Origin: Lingula anatina
Lineage: Eukaryota > Animalia > Brachiopoda
Length of the DNA stretch: 64,000 bases
Assembly (NCBI GenBank): GCA_051362555.1
Contig: CM120641.1
Location: 24,496,401 to 24,560,400 of the forward strand
Direction of reading: 5' to 3'
The notes under the pieces: generated by a model
Seen by the model: only the letters and a program-made list of their open reading frames with translations
Database searches by the model: none
What the model was told of the DNA's origin: nothing
Shown: positions 38,753 to 52,700 of the stretch, in pieces
Numbering within the stretch: position 1 is the stretch's first letter
How the letters are laid out: each line of letters starts with the position of its first letter
Translations under genes and position numbers: made by a program

Positions 38753-40757
38753 AATTGATGAGCACCTCAGTGATCTAGTGAAGCTGGGCAGGGTGGATTA
38801 TTTGTAGCAACAAGGAGAGGAAGTCACCAATAGTGCAAGCCTTATGTGTCATTTCATCAAAGTATCTAATTTCTGTCATTCAGTTTTACAGTATTGTAAT
38901 TTGGTAAGTAAAATGTCTGGTTTACAAATATCACATTTTTAAATCTGTTTAAGTGATTTGTAGGACTAAGAGATGGGTCAAGCATTTTAATCAGCCAGTT
39001 GGAAATATTATTATAATTTTTATTTGATTTGTCATTATTTCTTTTTTATTAAAAGCTATTAGCAATTCTCCATACTGCTTGCTTTTTTGCATCCTTAAGT
39101 TTGCACATTTAACAGCTTTTGTGGCCTAATTTAAGTAAAAATAATTATAAAGAGTTACATAAAACCAGTATTCATCTCAGTGCTCTGTACAATGTAAAAA
39201 TTAAAATGGGAGATTGTAAAACATTTCATTAAAAAATTCTGACCACACATTCTTAGATTCAAAAACATGCCAGTTTGAATTACCAATTACATATATACTA
39301 GGAAATACTCCGTTCCTGGAAAAATGAAGTTTCATTATCCAATTGACACCTTTGAATGTTTATGTTCAAAAAGAAAGAAATTGTTTTAGTGACAAATTCC
39401 CCAGTTGGTAAGCAGCTTAAGGAAAGGCATTACCTGTACTTGATTACAAATACTGGCATGCTACCAGCATTTATTGGTCAGGGAAGTTTTAAAAAGGTAT
39501 ATGCATCAACTATGCAATAGCTCCTTTGATTTCTTCAGTTTCTTCCAGAGACTTGCTTTAAATCTGCATGATGTTTATCTTTAATCTTTTTTTTTCTGAA
39601 TATAATGATGTCTCAAAAGTATGAAAATATTAGGAATACCCTTTTTGAGGAAACACTCACTTCTCTGTCTGGGAGCTAAACAATTGTTTCTATGTGTTTT
39701 TAATCAGGATAATACTGCTTATTGCTAAAGTGCAATTTAAGCAGAACACTTAATCTTTGTTTCTTCTATCCTCTGGGGACACAATTGTAAAAGCCAACCT
39801 AACAGGTAACAGTTACACACAATGCCCTCATGTTGTTTAGGAGATTGAGTTACTACAACTTCAAAGACGAGCTTACAGCGTTGACAGATTAAAACAACAA
39901 TAGGATCAATTACTTTGTAATGGAAGAGTGCTAAGAAGCCTGGGTGAAAGCAGTTTATCATTGCTCGCCATGACTTATTTATCAGGTACATTACACAAAT
40001 GTCCACAGGTTTTCATTTTCTTAATTTTCCCAAGACAATTGATATGATAAATGAATGCTGTGTCTAAGTAAAGGAAAAACATGGGACTATTCATTAGTAA
40101 ATGCCTTCCTCTTCAGAGAGAACCACACTGGAAGATAGAGCTGTCTATTGTTTGATCAGTTGTTAAAACTGACAAAGTATCTGCTCAGCAGGCAGGTGCT
40201 TTAAGAAAACTTATAGCACCTGCAATGTCTTAATTCATGCTCAGAGCCTGAGAATAATCAATCCGTCTCCTGTTAAGGATAACTGTGGCTTTGATAATTA
40301 ACATACTCACTATGCTAGTTCCAGGTCTGAGGAGATATGGTCAAGTGTCCACTCCTGGATTGCCATGTTAAAAGGGAATATTATATTTACACCTGTACAA
40401 AGGTAAAGATGTTGATGTTCTTATGCCTGCTATCGTAAGTTTCTATTGTCTTTTGCCCTGTTATCACTCAAGGACCTGACTATTATTAAGTAAGTTGTTA
40501 GCAAAGTACAAAGAGAATGTGAGAGTGTAATTATGAACTTCAGTATAGGAACATTCACCCTGAAGGAGGTACAGAGGTTGTGGGATATATATATATAAGA
40601 CTACTATACCCATGTATGACTACACAGGGAACTAATAACATATACCAGTATTTTTCTGTGTTCTTCTGAGTCTACAATTCATGCAGTTTGTATGTGACTA
40701 CATTATTCAGGTAATTTGAACAAGTTTGGATTTTCTGTATATTAGATACTAGTACTT

Positions 40758-40808
<51 letters not shown>
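40758..40808. repeat. (AAT)n microsatellite
   Basis: Directly visible. Confidence 0.95.
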
Positions 40809-40809
<1 letters not shown>

Positions 40810-43729
40810 GGAATGAGTGGTCATTAGTAGCCACATTCATAAATTGTGAAAATATTAGAAAGTTTTAATATATGATTTGTACAAACCAATTAGTGTGGAT
40901 TAAAAAAATATTGTTTAAATAATGAGAGGATACATAGATTTAGAGTTCTTACCAGTATCTGTCATTTTATGAGGATTTTCCTGATTTATCTTGATTATTT
41001 CAATGTATTAATCTTTCAGAATTTAACCATTAAGCAATGTAAAACCAAGATTATTTAAAACTCATAACTGTCTTTAAATTTATTTAATTGATTTATTGAG
41101 TGACATGTTGTGTTGTTCAAGGTTAATTTCTTTGATGAACTTGACGTCAATCAACTTAGGTCACTTTATAAAGGCACTTTAGTAACTGGGCCTCTGCATC
41201 TGCTTCCTCAACATTATGTTGAAACTGATCTGTTAGAGAAAAAGAATATCTCTTGATTGGAACAGCATTCATGTTATATTTTATATAGATTTTCCATAAG
41301 AAAGGTAGAGTATTTGAATTTTCCATATTGGTATAGAAGATAGCTTTTGCTAAGATGGTCTAAAAATTCCACAATTTCAGACATTTGGTTCTTATGTTAG
41401 GAATAAGAAAGTTATTTTTTGCAGAGCAATGTCACTTAAAACTTAATAATTAACCTTCTTTTAATTAGGAAGGCTGGGACAGGATTAGAAAATGACACAC
41501 TAATCATATCAGTTATGGTATTGTTAGAATGGGGAAGATTAAATGGAGCCTGTTGACACAAAATGAGTCGCTGACTTGCTTATGAATATGCATGAGGTCA
41601 TGTGACTTCTTAATGTGTATCTGATAAGATAGATATATAAGTATGAACGGTCCATCAGCGAACAACCCATTTCTCAGTTCAGTAAGAGCTCTCAACTCAT
41701 TAGACCTGCAAAAAGTATTGATGATAGCAAGGCACCTTTAGTAAGGTAAATACTTTATTTTGTTTCTTTTCATTTAACAAGGGTTTATGTATGTTGATAT
41801 TGATACTGCTAGTACATGTACATGTATATGCTCAATCATGGGAGCACTCTTTTATTATTCATGGAAATTATTCCAATGTCTTTAACCATTTTGACAAGGA
41901 GATTTTTGAAATTTTTTGTTAGTTGCAAATTGAATTTGAAAATTTGATGGACAAATAACCAATGATGACAGTTATCATTTACCATACACTTGTTCAAAAG
42001 AACACTATAACACTTATAAGTCTTGCAAGAAATTTTTGAGAGATATTTTTTGTCTGTTTCAAAGAGATTTTGATTTAAAATACTGATAGATTATGCATTT
42101 ACAGTTAAGTTATAAAATGGGGGAATTATAGAGCCTTTGTTATCAGTTTTTTTAAATGTTAAGAGTTTTCCCACGAATTAGAAGAACCCATAGTTGCCAC
42201 AAGAAGTAAAGAAAGGGACATAATGACTAGACATATTTCTATGCATGCAGACCATACAAAATTATAAAGCTTTTCCTTTAGAAATTTGAATCCTTCCAGA
42301 AAATTTATGATTGCCAAGTGTAATACCCATTTGTATCATGCTTTGCAAAATGAGCCATCAAATTGTGGACATTTGCTTCTTAATGTCCCGAATTCAAGAT
42401 CAGTTTTGTCTTAAAATGTAAACACCTCAGCTCAGTGCTAATCTGCTGGTTTTTCATGTTTTTTTCACACTTTCTGATACCTGTATGTTAATGTTGGTTT
42501 TTGAATATACTCTTTCTCAAGTTTGATTAAAAATTTACACATAGACTTCCAAGCTGTTAAGCCTTTCCTGATAACTTATTTAAGAAAATGTCTTATTTTT
42601 CCGAAGATTGCTGAAAAATTAATGTATGATTGCATGCATCTAGTAGAAAAGCAGGTTTTGCGGACATTTTGAATGAGATATTTCACAAGTCCTTTGACTT
42701 CAGAGTGTATAGGTGTAAGCAATGGTTGGTTTTAGTATATATCAAAGAAGATTTTTAGCACCACACATTTTATAACTTTGAGTTCATGTCATTACTTCTT
42801 ACTGAGAATTTTTTATATGATAGGAATTAATTTCGTGAATATTATGAAACTTTATTCTCAAAAAGGATCTGGTTTATCAGTATTGGTGAGATGTTATTGC
42901 TTCAGCTTGAATTTATTTTTCATCTAAATCATTTAGTTAAAAGAGAGAGAAGAAAATAAAAAAGTTTCCCATCTTGTACATCAGTTTGAACTAACATAGA
43001 TTTGACTTCAAATGTGGCTGCTGAACATTAAATGTCAAGTAGAATTATTAACCAGAAATGAAATGTTATTTTATGTCTGTGAATATGTCCTTGCAGATTG
43101 CCCAGTGCAAACTAATTCTGAATGCTTGTATTTTGTTTGTTAAGTTTAAAAGGCATCCTTTGATAACTAAATCATTTGTAAATTAGTTAGGTCATCTGAT
43201 GGTCTTTTTAAACAAAAATTATCATTTTATTTATGTAATTTGTACAAATAGGGCACATTACTTAACTGACATTACTTTTTCTGTTAGACAGATGCATAAT
43301 TACAAAAAAATTGTTAGACTTTACATGTACATGTCAGAGTCATACTTAACATCCAATCATTCTTTATAACAATGCATTGTTCAATATCTTAATTTACTTG
43401 CATTGTTTTGTATATTAATTTACAGTATTAACATGCTGACTGTAATTTATTTATCACAAGTATTAAAGTCATGATAAGATTTTGAAAATTCTGACTTAAA
43501 CACGTTTTGCATGAACTGTTAGTTAAAGTGGGGGGTGATCACCTACCAGACAAAACTCCTGCTATGTTATGTCATGGAATGTCAAAAATCGTGTGCATGT
43601 TCATTTGCAGGAACTAATTACAGAACTAATTTTCTTTCAAATTTCAGGAATGAGAGATTAAGACAACTATCCTCACACTGAGTCACCCTTGTTAAGCTTC
43701 AGGTTATGTAGATGGCCACAATTTAGACT

Positions 43730-46700
43730 ATGACCACTCACAGTATTTCTGAAAAAGAAAGCAAGAGTCTGTTTGAGGAAGAATTCCAAGATTTAAACCA
43801 GGTAAGGGAAGACAAAGATTACTCTGCTAGTGAAAATCTTGAAAAAAGCAAGTCAGCTAACTTTAAGGACAATCTCTCTTCTACAAAAATGCTTTCTTCT
43901 GCTGAGAATGAGAATAAAAATACAGATGATGTAGACAATGAAGGGAAAGTTGAGGCTGATTTTGACGAGTGTGAAATAAAAATGACAAACGAGAGCAGTA
44001 AAGTTGGTGCCTTGGGCAAAAGACAACATGATAACGGGATCGGGGCAGGTCATTATGCCTTTAACTTTGACGACATAGCTGCTTTTAATCTTCATCATTA
44101 CAATTTGATGCACCCCTTTCACAGCAGTGAGAACCTCTGTCCTGACGCATCCAAATTATTGAAGGGAATTTTGCAGAACAGAGAGGCCTGGTTGAAACAG
44201 CAGATTCCCCAGAAGCTGCAGACCCAGAGGCAAAGATACATTGAGCAACGCGCTGTGACCAAGATGTTGACCACAGGCACACTTCCTAACTCCAGCAGCT
44301 TTATGGATAACCTTTATGGAAGTCACCCACGCCTTGGGAGCGAACAAATGGAACCAGGGAAAAGTTCCCCACAGACTGGAAGTCCTTATGAGTCTGCTGA
44401 TGATCTTTCAGATCAAGAAAATGACAATGAGTTTGAACTGATGGACAGAAATGAATCAAACGATGGTGAAAAAGATGAAGATGAGGAGGAGAAAGAGAAG
44501 ACAGAAAGTGAAAATGGTTCCCAGGATAAAACAAATGGTGACTATCCTTCAAATGTAGAGGAGTCCAAGGATGTGAAACGGGCGCGAGTGGAGAATATCA
44601 TAACTAGTATGCGTACCCAATCTAGCCAGGACCCTGACGGGGCAGTGACTAGCCCACAAGAAAATAGACGAAAGCGTAAACAGAGTCAACCTCAGCAGCA
44701 CGAAGCCAGTAAACACATAAGCGGTGAACACCAGTTAAAATATCGTAAAGTTCAATGTGACCAGATTGGGGAGCAGCTGAAACAGATGCAGAGACAGTTG
44801 CAACAAATGTATCAACAATATGCACAGCTATATACCCAAAATGCAGAACAAGCTGGACTTTTTGAAGTGGATGACATTCCACAAGTTAAAAGCACTCCGA
44901 TTAAAGATAGTTTTGAAAATCACAAGGATAATATTGATCCTACATTGCTTAAAGATGAGATCACAAGAAGACCTTACAACAAATCAAAAGAAGAAAAAGT
45001 GATGTCAGCCAGTTACAAATCTGATGCCATGCCTGAAAATCTGCAAGAACTTGCAAACACACTGAAAAGTGAATTTGTGAGAGCCTTGGATGACATGGTG
45101 GATTCCATTGTGTCAAAGGTATTGGCCAAGAATAAGTCGCTTTCCTTGAAAAAGGTGGCTGGAGGCGCTGGTTTTTCATCCAATGGCTTGCAACATCCTC
45201 AAGATCAGCAGCAGAAACAGTCACCTCAGCAGCAGCTTCACCGGCCACAGCTCCCATATCCACAGCGAGATGACAGAAAACTGAGCCCCATGGTCACATT
45301 GGGAAATGAAGTTCAGAGGCCATTTGAACTCCCTCAGTGTAAAGTCACTGAGGGTCATCGTGCTAATCCAGAGAGGTTTCCCCGTGGGTTCCTAGAGATT
45401 CCTCGTCCAATTCCTGTCCATGGGTTGTATCCTCATCCTTTCTACTACCATCACACTCAGGTGCCGACTCCTACCTCAATTCCTCTTCCTCCTCGTGAGC
45501 CTGAACAGACGGAGGCCCTGCCACTGCTGGTGACGACCCCACCTCCAAAGAAGAAAAGGACAAAGGTCACTGATACTCGTCTATCACCTCGTGCTGCCAG
45601 GGCCTTGTTACAGGAGCCTGTGCCCCATCAGGATCCCGAGGACAAGCCAGCAGGACCAAGCCAAAGAGAGCCATATCATTCTATGATACCTTCATCACTT
45701 CCAACAAGTGTAGCCATTCCAAACCCGAGTCTACAGCACTCTGATGTCATGTCGCTTCATTCCTATGGCGAACACAATGGCGTGTTTTACCATGGCAACA
45801 GGCCACAGACAAGTGACCATTCCCCCCCTATTGGTGACCATAGCTCTCCCAGCTTGACTGCCCACACTCCAACTGAAGGCAGCATGCCCAGGGGATTCCA
45901 CATGAAACATGAGCAGCAGTCAGACTATACTGGTAGTCCTCACAGTGACATCCACTCCTATGACAACATGCAGCTGATATCCTTTTTATAAAATACATGT
46001 GAAATTGATGTGTGTGTGTGCGTGTTTTTGTGTTTACTTACAGAATGCATATTAATGTTAGCTCGTTTATGATGTCTTCAGGTATATTATAAGCAGAAAA
46101 TGCTACGTTTGAGGAGATTTTGACATTTTCCATATTTTCTTTTAATGTCAATTTCATTTTCATTTTATAATCATTATAATTGAAATTTTGTTGTGGCAAT
46201 TTTTTTGCATTATTTTGCAATAGAGATAAAGCCCTTATCTTAGCCTTTTTTCATTTTGTTAATTATTTTTAAGTAATACAGGTTCTGTTTTCAGAACACT
46301 AAATATTTAATTTATCCATTACTTTTTGATGACATAAATCACTTTATTGTGACCCAAAGATAGGATTTAAAAAAATTGTTTTTGTGGTTCAATTTTGTTT
46401 TATTATGCTTATTTTTAAACTTCACAAGTGTGTTGTCTTTCAGAAAGAAAGTGGGAAAAAATTATTGAACTGCTTCAACTGCATATGAACTTGCAAACCT
46501 AACAGTGAAAGTGGCTAAATAAAAAATACAGAATTATATGCATCAGTACTAAAAAGGGGCTATCACTTTGTTGAAATAGCAAAGATGGAAAAAAAATCAA
46601 TAGTACATTTCACACGGAATGTTGTGTGTGCCATGCTCATCTTTGTAATGATGTGTTGCAAAAGAGAAAACTGCATGTGTTATGAAAACTTATCGGGTCG

Positions 46701-49700
46701 TGAAAGTACCATCTTTAGAAAAGAACCTTCTAAGTAAATTAGCTGGTGTGAGACTCTTGTTTGTGGTTGAACATCCCAAGTCTGACAGTTTTTGTGGTAA
46801 GATTTTTTTTAACCCATGTATCCCTTTGAAATGCTAACATGAAAGAATTTTTTTTCATTTTTGAACTTAAAACTCCATGAATTATGTTTATTATTTTTGT
46901 TCTATGATCTTCATTTAAAACTAATCGGCATGCAGCAAAATATTTCTTGGATTTGCATTTAACAAAAGTGAATTTTCAATTATTTCCAGAAGTAAAGTTA
47001 ACAGACAATTGAAATTTGAGTCTATTATTGAAAATGATTGATAGGGTTCAATAAGACAGTGCAGTTCTGACACGAGTACAGATGCTTATCACAACATAAA
47101 ATCTAATGTCAAGAAGTGCCTTCTCTTTTGTAGAAATCAGAGCTGGGGATGGTAAGATAGATGACTTGGCAGATTTCACCATCTGCTTATCTTTTTCTTA
47201 ATCTCATCTTTTCTTGTTGAAGAGAGTCGAGTTATTGTGAGGCACATGTCCCAGACCTCCCTTAACTTTGCTGCTGACATTATGACGACTGGTTGTAATC
47301 CATTTTTTTCCATAATTGACGAGGTGTGTAAGAAAACCGAGGACTGATAGTGATCTTTCTCCCAGCTGCCAAGTTGATTAAAAGTTACTGACAAAAGATT
47401 TGGTTTGTAGCCTTCGTCACCTAACATAAAAGACTCTTTTATCATTGTCTGGTCTTTTTCTCGTCAGGTCTCAATTTTCCCCAATTTCCCCTTCATTCTC
47501 AATCCATAAAATGGGAATGAAATTTGTTTGTTTTTCTTCTTTGCATGTCTTCTCCAAATATCCAGTAATGCACATGTATAAAATCAATAGTCATCAGTGC
47601 CGAAGAACAAATTTCTTAGCAATTCTAGAAGGTTTTACATTTTATGAAGTGGTAGCATACTTCCTTGAATTTATCGATGTCTCTAGTCCTTTCACTTAGA
47701 GACTTCATTTCCCCATTGATTTACATGGCAAAAAAGTTGACATCCCCCTAAGGCAAATATTAATCCTGGGCAGCCGTTTGAGAAAATGTTGGCACAGAGA
47801 AAAGTGTCAAGGCACATTGAGTTCGCTTAATGGAAGTCCTATGCTCATATTGTATGGAAATTGATGATATTTTCTCTCCTCTTCAGAAATGCTAAGAAGT
47901 CGGGGTCGGCATTAATTTTTCCAATGTGTGCATTTTCACAGGTGATTAAGCAGCTCTGAGAGAATTAGTCTGGAGGAAGTGTTGTGAGAAATGGTGTCCA
48001 GGCCAAGTCTCATTACTGGCACTGGGAAATTGATCAGAATACAACAACCCAGAGTAAAAAGTCTGCAAACAGGAGTGAGATGAAAATCTTGTCAATTAAC
48101 TTCAGGACTGACTTTTCAGTCCTCTTTAGAATGTCAAGATTGAGAGAGAAAATAATACTAAGGCAAAGCCATCTTATTTGATGTCACAGTTATAAATTAT
48201 TAGCATTGTGCTTGCAAATGCCTCTCTACTACTGTAAATATTACTGATCTCTTTCTTGCCAGTTGCATGGTCAATTGATTAATTGATATTAATAAAAAGT
48301 TGTCTGGTGCATTTGATAGATTACATTAACCAAGGGAAGATATGTTTAAAATCCAAAAAAAAAAAAAATAAATAAAATAAATAAAATAAATAAATAAATA
48401 AATAAAATAAAATAAAAATAAATAAAAAATAATAAAAATAATAATAAATAAAATAATATCAGCTTTTAAAGTAAGCAGAAAATTTTATTCCAAAGAAATT
48501 AATGATAGACTTTATCCTAAAACCTGGTATTTTTTTTTTTTTTTTGTCTCATGGACACTTCTAGTTGATAATTAGTTTCTCACCTCTCTCATGTTTAAAT
48601 AAGTATAAAATGAAAAACAAAAATCATGTTTGTGCCTTATTTTTTCGATAAAAAGTGAGAAATGTGATAATCTTGTTTACACATATATGATGCTGTATTT
48701 GATAAATCTTTTTTTCTTACTTTTTTATTTCACATATTATATCACATTACAATCCATTTTGAAATTGCTTTTAAATTGAAAAGTAACAACCAAAAACAAA
48801 ACATGCGTGATGACAGGCATTACTGTTCAAATTGCACTATCTTAGTCAGAAGTCATTAAAAATGTCGGATATGCCTTTTCTTAATGGAGGTGAGAGGGGT
48901 TATCACTGTGAGTGCAGCTGGACACCTGAAAGGACTGTATTTCATTCCTTTAATTGTAATCCTTTCCTGCAATCATTTCTCCTCATAATTACTGAAATCA
49001 CTTAGGCATGTTGCACAGCAGCATCGTGTCAACAGAGGAAGAGAAAAAAGATAAATGCACAAAAGAAATTGGAGATGAAAGATTTCCATCTTACATGAAT
49101 TAACGTTACCAGTGCACCTGCCTCGTTTAAACAATTGTTTGGAATTAACAGAAAGCACGGAGTGTTAGCTCTCAGGTATGTGCAATGGTATAGTGATCAT
49201 TGCTTCTCTGCCTTCATACCTGAATAAACTTAGAGACAAAATGGAAGGGAAGGGTGAAACACAATAGAGCATATTTTAAGTACTTGGAACTATCAAGTGG
49301 TTGGAGTGTAATTCTTGCCACATGCTGGGGAACCTTATTGAAGCTAATAGGGGCCAGGAGATCAAATTACACTATGACAGTTGCTCCTTTTAAAATTACC
49401 CATATGACGAAGTCTCAATGTTCCCTTTGCTGTTATTAGCTAACACACTAATGACCTCTTCTATACCATAGTGCACACAATTCGTAAAATTACCCTTATG
49501 AGAAATCTCAAGATGATAATTTATAGTTATGTAACAAAGTAATATATGGTCTTATGGTAGCAGATACTTGACATTTATCCTTATAATAAATGATTACAGA
49601 GCCATGAATGGCTAGATTATGTTTGGGCTCTTGATTTTTGCACTTGTTTTACTTTTTCTTTGAGCATTCTAAATTCAACTTTCTGCCTTTGGCCCATACT

Positions 49701-52700
49701 TGACTTAATAAAAATATTTATTCAGTTTTATTTGAGTGGTTTTGGGAGAGATAAGGAGGTGGTTAGAAGGTTAATGACTCACAGAAAAAAAAGAATAAAA
49801 AAAAAACATACCTGACAAAGGTACCACCATATTTGACACAGAGTCATTATTGTTTTTTTTACACCTGAGACAGTTGATTCTTTAAAAAAGGTTCATGGAC
49901 ATTGAATGGTGTTCAACCACAAACAAAAGGCTTATTACCGTAACAATGTGGAGGAAGTGATGGTATACCTATTTTCATTTGACTAAAAACAAAACAAAAA
50001 ACTTGACAATATTCATGCAAATTAGTACCAGCATCACAAACTAGCTCAAGGAAAGACTCTTAATGTGTGAGGTGGCATCCTTTTTTGAAATGTTTCACTG
50101 TTTTCAAATAAAAAAAAACTCTAGAAATTTATCTGTATAAGAGTGAAAGAGATAGCAAATTATTTGTAATATACAGTTTAATTTCATTAAGATTTTATAG
50201 TATCACAAATTGTCAAATACCTGTTTCATGTCAGATGGGGCAGTTTGATTATTTTTTCCCCTTGCTTATCAAAACAAAAACCATCAAGAAAATAAAGTGT
50301 CCTGACTAAATGGGCACTTAATCTTAAATCATTACAACCGTGATGTAGGGATATGATTATCGCAGCCTGTTAGACCAACTAATTGAAGGCAATTGGAAAA
50401 GGAAGCAGTGGTTGCTGGTAGAATTAGAAGAAAACCAGATGTGTAATAGATGAAGTGATGAGTATAATCGTCCAACTTAGTATCATTAAAGTCATTGTCC
50501 ACACCTTGCTAATTTTTTTTTCAGTTCTCAGCTCATGTACCCTTATCCAATCATTTCACCTGAGCATCTTGACTGCAGTGTCATACTAACTGGGTAATTG
50601 CAAACAAGTGGGAAAACTGTCAGCCAAATAACATACTTGAGACAACAAACAGCTTTTGTATGAAAAACTCTGACAGTTGGTTGCTCATAGAATATATGTA
50701 TATGCCTTTGACTTAGCCAGTAGCCTTCCACTTCTTCCTTCACCTCCATGTTTTATTTATTTATTTAGTTAGTTAGTTAGTTGCAAATTCAAAACTTGAA
50801 AAAATATTGTAAATTCTGTTTATTATATTAAGGACTGCTTGGCAATTTTTTCTCTTAAAGTGAACCCTTGAATTGCATTAATATATAAAATTTAATCAGA
50901 ATGGAGACTTTCTATTCACCTAGCCAAGTCCTTCTTATGATTGCTTATACTTTATTATATAGCTTGACTGTAAAATAATTACCAATGTTTCTAACTGTGA
51001 TGTTCCTTGACTGATGTTACACCAGTACACTAACTCCAATGCATCTTAGGAAGGCCAAACTCATGTTTTTTTACGTGCGCTACCCAAGTTCTGCCATTTT
51101 AAAAATATATTTTCCGGACATCCGCTTCAACAAGAGCAACACAGCCCAGCTTGTGAAATGGTTCAGCAACTTCAGGTAAGAGGAGAAAAAATTTATAAAT
51201 ATATTTCTTAAGCACATTTTACCATGTTTCATCAGTTCAAGCTTGTGTGTTTTGAATGATGTATTTCATTGAACTTTCTGTTGTTGTATTTAGACAAAAA
51301 CAATATGATGTTGCCTTGGTTGTGGTTGGTGTATTTTAGTGAAGAGTTTCACTTCAACATTTTTTATTAAAAAAAGTGTTGTAAAAAACAGATTGTGTCT
51401 TGAAATAACTGTGGCATGTGGTTTTACATTTTCATTGATGTTTTCACGCAATATTGCAACAAAATATTTGCAAATTCTCAAACAATGTTTTGTATACTAA
51501 ATTGATTAAATTTCTTTTAAAAATACCATACATGCAAAGTTGATGTAACATTTTTTTCACTGCTATCTGAAAAGAAAAATTTTAAATTGCACTGAAAGTA
51601 ACTTGGTACTCCTAAAAAGTTACTAATGAACAAAAGCCCATACATGAGAAAAGGGACCCATACAGAAAATGACATCCAAAGTTGCGAGCAAGGAACAAAA
51701 TTGTCAAAACCATCGCCTAATTAGAGGACTACTCTATCCTAATAGCTTTTGCTCCTGGAGCTAAGCCTCCAAGGAGACTAATTAAGAAATATCTTGTAAA
51801 TGAAAGTGCTTGGAAATTCGCATAATTCTCTAACCTTAACCATCAGTCATCTGTTTGCAAACATATTTTCTTAATACCTTGCATTTACTTATCAATTATT
51901 GATACAAGCAAATGTATCCCTCTGGGCTCTGCACTACCATTAGAGAACCACACAGAGACGCATCAAAGGCTGCATAAACTGACTGCAGACAAGATTGAAG
52001 GCACTTGCTGGCAATTGGCAAAGTAGTTTAGGGATAGGAGTGTTCAGTAGGACAAAAAAAAAAAAAAAGGAATGAGATCAATCCATTATATACATGGTGA
52101 TGTCTTACACTTAACAGTTTCTGTGTTACTTGCTCATTTGGGTAATAACTCTTTAAGAGCATTTCTTTACAATAGTCAAAATTCAGTCTTAGTTTGATTT
52201 TGTCCATTATTTGCCATATTAAAAAAATGATATCTACTTGATGTAGTTCATTTTTGTGAGGTGAGAACTGTGATAGTTGAATTCAGATGTGATTATTTTG
52301 TTATTTCTATTATTTAAACATTTTATTTTTTAAAACCATGAATCCATGTACCGTGGCTAAGTTCCAAAGCAAGAAAACCAAGCCATATCATAGGTCTCTC
52401 TCAATCCAATTGCTGGAAGCCTGTTAGCCAATTCAGTAATGACCAGAGATATTTCAAATGTCTGTATTTTGTTATCACTTAATTCTTCGAATAGGATTGA
52501 CTGTTGGCAGTAATGCTGCTCACCCTCACTAGATTGCACATTAAGAAATCATGTTTATTGCCATTTTCCATCTTGGCCCTGACTCCTGCTGTTCACTAGA
52601 TTTCATTTTCTCTGTCCCTGAAGACTTCATCTGAAAGCTGTTTCTTGTCTTAAAATTCAGTTATACTTTGTGGAATGAAGCATGCACTCTTTGTCTTGTA

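Noticed and set aside
43730-45991. The 753-aa ORF as a complete single-exon gene
   Set aside because: It lacks the homeodomain. The last four codons are the U12 donor sequence, and the gene continues at 51021.
47176-47699. Short ORFs inside the U12 intron, and the many other 60-130 aa ORFs in the track
   Set aside because: No motifs, low-complexity or microsatellite-derived, or antisense shadows of real exons.
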